From contig DAOVOC010000002.1 of the NCBI GenBank assembly GCA_030629865.1, positions 1-32,125 on the forward strand: a DNA stretch of 32,125 nt. The letters run 5' to 3'. The DNA comes from a bacterium (GTDB taxonomy: Bacteria; Babelota; Babeliae; Babelales; GCA-2401785). Shown piece by piece: positions 16,360-23,547 of the stretch. How positions within the stretch are numbered: the first letter of the stretch is position 1; each line of letters begins with the position of its first letter. The position numbers and the translations under genes are program-made. The notes beneath the pieces are model-generated. The model worked only from the letters and a program-made list of their open reading frames with translations. It was not told the origin of the DNA and ran no database searches.

Positions 16360-17349
16360 ATGAAAAAAAAATACTTTTTTCTTATGTCTTTGTTTTTGTT
16401 TGCATTGCCCAAAATGGCTTTTTTGGCCGAAAGTGGTGAAGAAGTAGTTGAGTCCATGATTATTAATCATAGGCATAGTGATTATGCAGATGTTTTTGCT
16501 GGATCAAATAAACCCTCGGTTACTCTAAAAACGCCTCGTGATATATCAAAAGCTGGAGATAGATTGGAAAAAATTATTAAAAGCAACATGAAACGGCAAA
16601 AGATGAACTCTGTTGTTAAAAGACAGCTTGCATTAGCATTGCCGCTTTATAAGGAGAGTTTAAACGATTCTTGTGGCTGCTTTTTTAAACCTGATGCTGA
16701 TATTGTTGAACCTCTTCAAAGAATCTTTGATCCCAATGATAGGAAAACTCTTAGATTGCATTATCAGCTAGTTGATGAAAAAAATATTGAAGAGCTTGCG
16801 TGGGAAAATTTTTGGCCAGAAACAAAGCCACTTGTTAAAGATTGGCTTGGTCGGCTGACTACCGAAGAGTTGAAAAAGATAAGAGAAAAAACCGTAAAGA
16901 TTGCTTCTAAAAATTCACATAGTGTGTCTAAAAAACTTTTACAAACACTTTTGGATAATGAAGCTTTACAAGAAAACTTAGATAAAAACTTTGCTGGTGA
17001 GGGGGCTGAAAAAGAAACAGAAAAAGTTAAATCTGAGAGTGATTGGAACTTTTCACCACTTGTTCCTGCAAATTTTTGTGGATATTCAGTCGCTGTTGTT
17101 GGCATGTTCACATTTTTATCTGCCTACAACCGGGCAAAAAATGAAATATCTTTTATTCAGCGGTACCAAAAAACAGTTTCACCTTTTAAAATGGCGCTCA
17201 AACATTTGTTCCTTTTCCCCGAAACATTTTCTATGCAAGAGAGCAAAGGAGCAATTCTTACATGGCTGTTGTGCGCGGCCTGGATTGCTGGTAAGGTGCC
17301 CCCTTTAAATAAAACCTTTTGGAATCAAGCCGTAGAGCTTCCTTCTTAA
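16360..17349 (+). CDS. Exported/membrane protein of unknown function, tandem paralogue B
   Basis: ATG 16360 gives MKKKYFFLMSLFLFALPKMAFLAES. It shares NIEELAWE..W, WNFSPLVPANFCGYSVAVVGMFTFLSAY and FKMALKHLFLFPETF...LTWLLCAAWIAGKVPPLNKTFWN with the preceding gene. The N-terminal two thirds are strongly diverged. Confidence 0.75.
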   Translation: MKKKYFFLMSLFLFALPKMAFLAESGEEVVESMIINHRHSDYADVFAGSNKPSVTLKTPRDISKAGDRLEKIIKSNMKRQKMNSVVKRQLALALPLYKESLNDSCGCFFKPDADIVEPLQRIFDPNDRKTLRLHYQLVDEKNIEELAWENFWPETKPLVKDWLGRLTTEELKKIREKTVKIASKNSHSVSKKLLQTLLDNEALQENLDKNFAGEGAEKETEKVKSESDWNFSPLVPANFCGYSVAVVGMFTFLSAYNRAKNEISFIQRYQKTVSPFKMALKHLFLFPETFSMQESKGAILTWLLCAAWIAGKVPPLNKTFWNQAVELPS

Positions 17350-17463
17350 TGTTCTTTGTGTGGCAATTCTCTCTCGCAACTCGTTGTGTTGCAAAGCCTG
17401 CTGATAGTACGATTTGATCTGATTACCAAACTTTTTTACTTGTGCTTTGAGGGAGTGTTTCCC

Positions 17464-19437
17464 ATGTGTAAAAAATATCTGATCCTTTTGGGAATTGCAT
17501 TTTTTGTATCGACTTTAGCCTTACCGTTTGAAAATCTTCCCGAAATTCCCGTTATAGACAGAGTTCCATCTGGTGGACTCAGCCTTGGCGAACCAGATGT
17601 TTCCGGTGCTGCCACGCTAGATTTAGATGAATTTATGAAGTCGGAAAAAATGGCTCCTTTGCCTGGCGACAAGGCAATTGATGAAGAAGAGCAGGAAAGT
17701 GATATTAAAGAGTTGGAAAAGCTTCTGGAGGAAGGTGGCGAGGTTGCCGATAAAAAAACGGATGAACCATCTAAGCCAACGGTGCCTAAAACTACTGGTG
17801 ATAAGACAGAAGCAGGTTCTGAACTTATAACCTTTGATGAGACAGATGAGATTGTGGAAGAAACACCAAGGGTTTCTCAAAAAACAGAAGATGAAAGTAA
17901 AAAAGAAGGTGATACAGGAGTTCAGACAGAGGTTGTAGAGTTTGGAGATGCAGCCGATGAGGAAGTTTCTTATGAAACCTCAGGCGAAGATGATACTGAT
18001 GTTGTTCCTGATGCAACAGAATCAAGCGGGATGTCACTTACACAGGGGTTAGCTCTTGGCGCGGGAATAGGTGTTGGTGCATTAGGGCTTGCCACTGTCG
18101 CAGGCAAAGGAAAACTAGCACGGCGAATACGCAGCTGGCCATTGGGGCGTGATATTACGGCCTTTACTGAATTGCGAGATCGGCTAGAAACTGCTTTGCA
18201 AGATTTGCCTGAAGACGATCCAAATCGAAAGCTTTTAGAACCTGTGTTGGAAAAAACAAGAGCTGTAATCGATGTAGATGATTCTGTTAAAGCAACTTAT
18301 TCAAAAAGATCTTGGATGTTTGATGACAGAATTTATCAACGAGAAAGTGCTTTTGGTGCTTCAAGCGCTGAATTTTTAAAAGAATATTCCAAATTTCTGT
18401 CTACTCGTTCAGAGCAAGCTTCAAAGGGTGAAGATATCCCAGACTCAATCAAAAAGGTACTAAATTATTTTGAATCAGATTTTCCAAAGACAAGATCTGC
18501 AGAGGCTGCAAAGAGAGCAAAAATTGCCCGCTCTAAATTAACAAGGCGCAAAATTCGACTTCATGTTGATCCTGCTGATATTGAAAAAATTACTGCTGAA
18601 GAGGCTGCTAAAGCTGGTGGTAGTGTTGATAGAATATTAAAAGAAACAATAAAAGATATCAGCGGCCATCTTTTTTCAGAAAAAACAGAAGAAAAGTACA
18701 AGGAGTGGCTGGACGCTGAAGAAGAAATGAATAAAAAATTTAAGGAGTTTGCTGAGACTGAAGATATCGCAAAAATAAGAGAAATAAAGATTGCTCGAGA
18801 TAAACTTTTGGCAGCAAAAGGTCCGAAAATAGACAGGAAAAGAAAAGAGATTGGTGAACTTGAAGTAATTTTAAAAATGTTACGCGACGAAGAGATGGAT
18901 GTTGGTAAGAATATGTATGGTGTTTTAGAAAGAGAATTTGCCGCTATTAGAACAGAAACTGTTCAAAGTATTTTGGATATTTCAAAAGTTCCTGATGAAG
19001 TTCTCAAAGAAAAAGCGAAAACTTTTTTTGCAATACGCAGGTCAGTTGCTGATGATATTGGAAAAGAGGGAAAAAAAATAAACGAAATTTATGAAAATAT
19101 AATTGCGTTGATGCCGCAAGAGAGGGTAGTAGATGAGCCTGAAAAAAAGAAGCTTGTGGGAAGTGCTAAAGAAATTTTAGAAAGATCTAAGGAAGCCAGA
19201 AAAGACAGAACCCATGGGATTGAAAGAATTATATCTTTGGCTGCTAAAGAGCCTGTGGTTTCTGGAGAATCTTTTAAAGTTGTTTCACCTGAGGCGGAAA
19301 TAGGAAAAATTTCTGTAGGAGAAAAACCTGCAAAAACCTTAAAAAAAGATAGTCGTGGTTTTTTTGATAAAATTTTTAGAAGAAAAACAACCTTTACCTC
19401 TACTTACGCCATAAAACCAAGCGGAAAGGTTAAGTAG
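17464..19437 (+). CDS. Membrane protein of unknown function: signal peptide, acidic region, glycine-zipper TM, long charged helical tail
   Basis: ATG 17464 is preceded by GAGGGAG and gives MCKKYLILLGIAFFVSTLALPFE. An Asp/Glu-rich region of about 170 aa follows. TM GLALGAGIGVGALGLATVAG at 18045-18105. A Lys/Glu/Arg-rich region of about 450 aa follows. The TAG stop (19435-19437) abuts the next ATG. Confidence 0.8.
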   Translation: MCKKYLILLGIAFFVSTLALPFENLPEIPVIDRVPSGGLSLGEPDVSGAATLDLDEFMKSEKMAPLPGDKAIDEEEQESDIKELEKLLEEGGEVADKKTDEPSKPTVPKTTGDKTEAGSELITFDETDEIVEETPRVSQKTEDESKKEGDTGVQTEVVEFGDAADEEVSYETSGEDDTDVVPDATESSGMSLTQGLALGAGIGVGALGLATVAGKGKLARRIRSWPLGRDITAFTELRDRLETALQDLPEDDPNRKLLEPVLEKTRAVIDVDDSVKATYSKRSWMFDDRIYQRESAFGASSAEFLKEYSKFLSTRSEQASKGEDIPDSIKKVLNYFESDFPKTRSAEAAKRAKIARSKLTRRKIRLHVDPADIEKITAEEAAKAGGSVDRILKETIKDISGHLFSEKTEEKYKEWLDAEEEMNKKFKEFAETEDIAKIREIKIARDKLLAAKGPKIDRKRKEIGELEVILKMLRDEEMDVGKNMYGVLEREFAAIRTETVQSILDISKVPDEVLKEKAKTFFAIRRSVADDIGKEGKKINEIYENIIALMPQERVVDEPEKKKLVGSAKEILERSKEARKDRTHGIERIISLAAKEPVVSGESFKVVSPEAEIGKISVGEKPAKTLKKDSRGFFDKIFRRKTTFTSTYAIKPSGKVK

Positions 19438-22416
19438 ATGAATGCAATAAAAAGGCATGTTTTTTTGAGCTTTTTTGTTTTGTGTTCTTGTCTAACCACT
19501 TTTTTATCTTCTCAAAATGCCGCACAAAACGTGCAAAGTGAGATTGCTTTTCTCATAGGTGCTGAAAACCAATCTGACGCGGTTGAAGCGAGCTTTGAAG
19601 GTGGTGGCGATTTCTTTGTGCCAGAAGATTTTACTGAAGAAGAAATTCAAAAAATGTCTGATGCTACAGAGACAGAGGATGAATATACCTCTGATGAAGA
19701 AGAGGCCGAGCCAGATGATGTTATAGAAACTGAATTTTTGGGCGCAGAGGAAACTGGTGAAGATGTCGAATTTTTAGGCCCCTACACCCCTTCTGGTGAA
19801 GAGATGTCGCCAGAAGAATTGATGATAGAGGCTGGCGAGGAAGGTTCTGGCCTTGGCGTTCTCGGCACCATTGGAATTGGTGCTGGCGCGGGCCTTGCGA
19901 TTGCCGGTGGTGTTTTGGTTGCACAGCATGTGAACGCTAAGAAAAAGCTAAAGCGTGCTTCAATAGATGTTTCAAAGCTTATCGAGCAATTTGAAAAAAC
20001 TGGTGATGAGGAGGGCCTAAAAAAACTTAAAAGTGCTGTTGAAACCTGGGAAAGTGACTATCAAAAAGACAAAGGTACTAGGCCGAGAGCATTAAGACTA
20101 AGAATGAGAGAAGTTTATTTTCTGAAATTTGCCGAGACAGTTAAAACTATTTTTACAGAGCGTTCAACAGCTCTTCCTGAAGGGCCTGCAAAAAAAGCTG
20201 CGCAAAAGGCGGTTGCATCAATTGAAGGAAAAGGCCTTATTAGCGATAGAGTAAAAACAATACGTAAAAAACATAAAAGACCTCTTAAAGCTTATGAAAA
20301 CGTTGTTGTAGAAAAAACTTATACAAAAGCAAAAGAGGTTTTAAAAGTTCCTGAGCCTCCGTCTGAAAAAGAAAAACAATTAAAGAGCTTTTTACGGTTT
20401 AATGATTTGCTTGGTGAAGTTGAAAAAGGAACAAAAAGAATTGGGGATATTGATATTTTTAGAATGCTCAAGAGTGTTTATGGAGAGGGCCCTGGTACAA
20501 AAGAGCTTAGAATATTTAGTAGATTAGTTGGCGTAGCAGAAAAACGTGCTTATATAGTTGCTCTTAAATCTAGTTTTGAAGATAGAATCAAAAGATTAAG
20601 CGCTACAAGCGCTAGTGAGAAAACTCAAATAAAAAAAATTGCCCCAAAAAAAGCTAAGCCTTCAGCACCTTCTCGAAAAGCTCCAATATTTATAAAAATT
20701 CCACAAAAAATGTTACCTGCCGAAAAAGAAAAACGAGCAAAGCAGCTGGCCAAAGATCTTGGAAAAACTAAATTTGAAGCAGAAAAAATGGTTGAAGATC
20801 GGCAGGTTGAAATAAATAAGCGTGCGACTGCAATGGTTAATGGTTTTTCTAGTAAGGAAGGGATGCAAGTTGATTCAGACCTTTTATTCTTGAAAGGGAA
20901 ATCAGATAAGCAGCGTGATACCGAAACATTAATGCTTTCTGATAAGCAAAGAGAAGCGGTAAGCATCGAAGAAGAAGCGGCTCGTAGAGTTTTTGATCAG
21001 CTTCTAAAAGAAAGAAAAAAACTATTTGCGCAAAGTGTTTGGGGCCGTGATCAGCCTCCTCGAAGGTTGGAGGCATTAGAGCCATTTTTTACTGAAAAAC
21101 GTCAGATCAAGATGCAAAAGGCTACAGATAGAAGTTTTCTTGGTGCGGTTGGGCAAAAATTTGTGTGGGAAATTAAGCGCACTAAGTTGATGAGAAAGTT
21201 TGATGAAAAAAGAAGTGAACTTAGAACATCTCAGACGGAAGATGCCAGGAGTGCCATTAAGAAAGAAATGAGAGAAATCGCCGAAAAAATGAAGCTTCCA
21301 GTTGTCGAGCGTGTTAAAAAGGACGCTGCTGCTGTCCGAGAGACTACTAAAAAAAGTGCAATTGGAGTTGGCAAAGTTGCGGCTATTCCCGTTGTGGTTG
21401 CTGGTAAAATGGGTGTTAGAGCCATTGGAGCTGTAGGGATTGGGGCATATAAAGGATTAAAGTTTGTGGCCGAAGGGGCGGGAGAGGGCGCTAGAAAAGT
21501 TGTTCGCGGAGTTAAGAAAGTTGGCCGAGCCCTTTTTGCACCACAAGCTCGAATCGATATTAAGGGAAGTCTTAAACCTCTTATTTTGCGGACTGCACAA
21601 GAGAGCCAAGACCTTAATGCAAAAAGAATTGTTGCAGATATTGAAAAAGGCTTTGTTAGTACTGGTGATATTGAACGTGTAAAAACCTTTCAGCAGATAT
21701 TGTTAGATGTTGCTGGGCAAGAAAAACTTTCTACTAACGACAAAGCTGGTTTAATTAGGTTTTCGCAATATCTAGAAGCAAATATTGTGCTGAAAGACCG
21801 GATGCGGCAAATGGCGCAAGATAAAATATATGGCTTACAAAGTAATGAAGCTGCAAGAAAGCAATGGGAAAAAGTTAGAGATAATTTGAAAAATCCTAAT
21901 TTAACGCTTGAAAAGTTAATAAAACGATCAGATTCGGCATCTGTTAAAGCTATTGAACTTATGGTTAGTAAGCTTAAGATTGGTGACTTTAAGATTAAAA
22001 CTGCCCTAGAGCAGTCGTTACGATTACGTGATGGGCAAATAAGAACTAAAGCTTATAAGCAATTAAAAAAACAGAGTTTAAAAGATCTTAAAAAGACGAA
22101 ACAAGTATTGTCAGAAGCAGGACAAGAAGAATTTATTAAGCAGCAGGAACTAGGGTTGGAAAAAAGCAGGAGAGAATCCGCTCCTCTTGTGAAAGTGCAG
22201 CGGAAAGTAAGCGAGGGTTTGGCGAAGCCTTTGAGCGAGCAAGAGGCAATTGAAAGAGTTATAAAGCTAAGTGAGAGCGATAAAAAACCGCCTAAATCCG
22301 AAGCAAGACTTCATGCAGAAGCAGCAAGAAGAATACAGAAAAGAAAGGCAAAAGAAAAGAGGAAAATGGAGAAAGCAAAGAGAAAAGAAAGCAAAGCTAA
22401 GAAGTTGAAGAAATAA
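19438..22416 (+). CDS. Membrane protein of unknown function: signal peptide, acidic region, glycine-zipper TM, ~830-aa Lys/Glu-rich tail with a poly-basic end
   Basis: ATG 19438 lies directly after the previous stop, with GGAAAGG upstream. MNAIKRHVFLSFFVLCSCLTTFLSSQNA is signal-peptide-like. Acidic region (..EDEYTSDEEEAEPDD..). TM GLGVLGTIGIGAGAGLAIAGGVLVA at 19843-19926. A second Gly/Ala/Val-rich segment AIGVGKVAAIPVVVAGKMGVRAIGAVGIGAY lies at about 21360-21450. The C-terminus is KRKAKEKRKMEKAKRKESKAKKLKK. Confidence 0.8.
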   Translation: MNAIKRHVFLSFFVLCSCLTTFLSSQNAAQNVQSEIAFLIGAENQSDAVEASFEGGGDFFVPEDFTEEEIQKMSDATETEDEYTSDEEEAEPDDVIETEFLGAEETGEDVEFLGPYTPSGEEMSPEELMIEAGEEGSGLGVLGTIGIGAGAGLAIAGGVLVAQHVNAKKKLKRASIDVSKLIEQFEKTGDEEGLKKLKSAVETWESDYQKDKGTRPRALRLRMREVYFLKFAETVKTIFTERSTALPEGPAKKAAQKAVASIEGKGLISDRVKTIRKKHKRPLKAYENVVVEKTYTKAKEVLKVPEPPSEKEKQLKSFLRFNDLLGEVEKGTKRIGDIDIFRMLKSVYGEGPGTKELRIFSRLVGVAEKRAYIVALKSSFEDRIKRLSATSASEKTQIKKIAPKKAKPSAPSRKAPIFIKIPQKMLPAEKEKRAKQLAKDLGKTKFEAEKMVEDRQVEINKRATAMVNGFSSKEGMQVDSDLLFLKGKSDKQRDTETLMLSDKQREAVSIEEEAARRVFDQLLKERKKLFAQSVWGRDQPPRRLEALEPFFTEKRQIKMQKATDRSFLGAVGQKFVWEIKRTKLMRKFDEKRSELRTSQTEDARSAIKKEMREIAEKMKLPVVERVKKDAAAVRETTKKSAIGVGKVAAIPVVVAGKMGVRAIGAVGIGAYKGLKFVAEGAGEGARKVVRGVKKVGRALFAPQARIDIKGSLKPLILRTAQESQDLNAKRIVADIEKGFVSTGDIERVKTFQQILLDVAGQEKLSTNDKAGLIRFSQYLEANIVLKDRMRQMAQDKIYGLQSNEAARKQWEKVRDNLKNPNLTLEKLIKRSDSASVKAIELMVSKLKIGDFKIKTALEQSLRLRDGQIRTKAYKQLKKQSLKDLKKTKQVLSEAGQEEFIKQQELGLEKSRRESAPLVKVQRKVSEGLAKPLSEQEAIERVIKLSESDKKPPKSEARLHAEAARRIQKRKAKEKRKMEKAKRKESKAKKLKK

Positions 22417-22452
22417 AAAGGGTTGAGTTTGAGAATGCTGGGGGGCAGGGTT

Positions 22453-23256
22453 ATGGACAGGCGGAAAAGATCCCGGATCAAGTCCGGGATGACAATTTTG
22501 GGGTCCGGGATGACATTTCTTTTAATATCACTTTTTTTATTTTTCACTATGCCATGTTGTGCACTTTTGATAGATGAAGCTGCGCTTTTGGCCAAGCTTC
22601 CTCCATCAGTTGCAGAGGAAGTTCAGGCGAGTGCAGTTGAAGGCCGAGAAGCTTTGGCAGAAGATGCAGCAATGGCTGCAACAGGCGAAACTGCCGCTGT
22701 GGTAGAAGCTGGTGACAAAGATCTTTCCTCGATGTCTATTGATGAACTTGCAAAAACCGCCCAAGACGAAATGCCTTCTGGTGAAGAAACTATCAAAGAC
22801 ATTGCGATTGAAGATTCTGATTTTGTTGCAGGTAGCGAGGCTGACGAGCTTGCTAACATGTCTATGGATGATTTGCGCAATGAGGCTCTTCTCGAATCTG
22901 GAATGGATCCCGGAATTTTAGGTACTGGACTAGGTTCAACTGCCGATTTAGCTTTAATGGGTGCTGGTGGTGCCGGAGCAATTGGAATGGTTGGAATGCT
23001 AAGAGAAGTTGTTGGTCGTGTTATGGATGGGCAGCAACTTAAAATGATGATGCAGCGAGGGAACATGATGGCAGGCCAATATGCTATGGATCGTGCGATG
23101 GGTGGTGGAATGATGATGGGGCCTGGCATGAGCGGAGGCATGATGCACCCTGGCATGGGCAGCATGGGCGGTATGGATATGATGGGACGTATGAGTGGTG
23201 TTGATGTAGGTAGATATCGTCCTGGCGGTGGAACGTTTGGCAGAATGCGGATGTGA
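22453..23256 (+). CDS. Membrane protein of unknown function: basic N-region plus hydrophobic signal, acidic region, glycine-zipper segment, Met/Gly-rich C-terminal tail
   Basis: The start is uncertain: TTG 22423, or ATG 22435, 22453, 22489 or 22510. 22453 gives MDRRKRSRIKSG..MTFLLISLFLFFTMPCCALL, a positively charged n-region followed by a hydrophobic core. Acidic region follows. GTGLGSTADLALMGAGGAGAIGMVGML at 22911-23000. Tail MMMQRGNMMAGQYAMDRAMGGGMMMGPGMSGGMMHPGMGSMGGMDMMGRMSG. Stop TGA 23254-23256. Confidence 0.7.
   Translation: MDRRKRSRIKSGMTILGSGMTFLLISLFLFFTMPCCALLIDEAALLAKLPPSVAEEVQASAVEGREALAEDAAMAATGETAAVVEAGDKDLSSMSIDELAKTAQDEMPSGEETIKDIAIEDSDFVAGSEADELANMSMDDLRNEALLESGMDPGILGTGLGSTADLALMGAGGAGAIGMVGMLREVVGRVMDGQQLKMMMQRGNMMAGQYAMDRAMGGGMMMGPGMSGGMMHPGMGSMGGMDMMGRMSGVDVGRYRPGGGTFGRMRM
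22470..22515 (+). repeat. REP-like palindromic repeat copy A plus an adjacent half copy
   Basis: A-TCCCGGA-tcaag-TCCGGGA-T hairpin (22470-22490) followed by GACAATTTTG. The half copy TCCGGGATGACA repeats at 22504-22515. Confidence 0.65.
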
Positions 23257-23329
23257 CATTACGTTTTTAATATCTTTTTTTGAATTTGCCCTGCTTTGCA
23301 GACAGATTGCCTTCAAGTATTCGGCTTAC

Positions 23330-23358
23330 TTGTTATCCCAGACTTCGACCTGGGATCC
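23330..23358 (-). repeat. REP-like palindromic repeat copy B (flank in the opposite orientation)
   Basis: TTGTT-ATCCCAG-acttcgac-CTGGGAT-CC. The reverse complement GGATCCCAGGTCGAAGTCTGGGATAACAA aligns with copy A (GATCCCGGATCAAGTCCGGGATGACAA). Paired stem substitutions preserve the hairpin. Confidence 0.6.
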
Positions 23359-23450
23359 AGTGGAATGTAGTTAGAAAAATTAACTTTGAAGTTTCTTATT
23401 TGCTTTGTTAGCGAAGTGCCGCTAGATTGCCTGCGCGAGCCTCGGCATAT

Positions 23451-23480
23451 TTCCGGATCAAGTCCGGAATGACAATTGTG
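23451..23480 (+). repeat. REP-like palindromic repeat copy C
   Basis: TTCCGGA-tcaag-TCCGGAA-TGACAATTGTG has the same loop and 3' flank as copy A. Paired stem changes (C to T and G to A) keep a perfect 7-bp stem. Confidence 0.65.
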
Positions 23481-23547
23481 TAAGTGTGTTAATCTTATAT
23501 TTCTTAGAAATGTTGATATTAAAATTATTGTTTTGGGGTGTGCCGTT

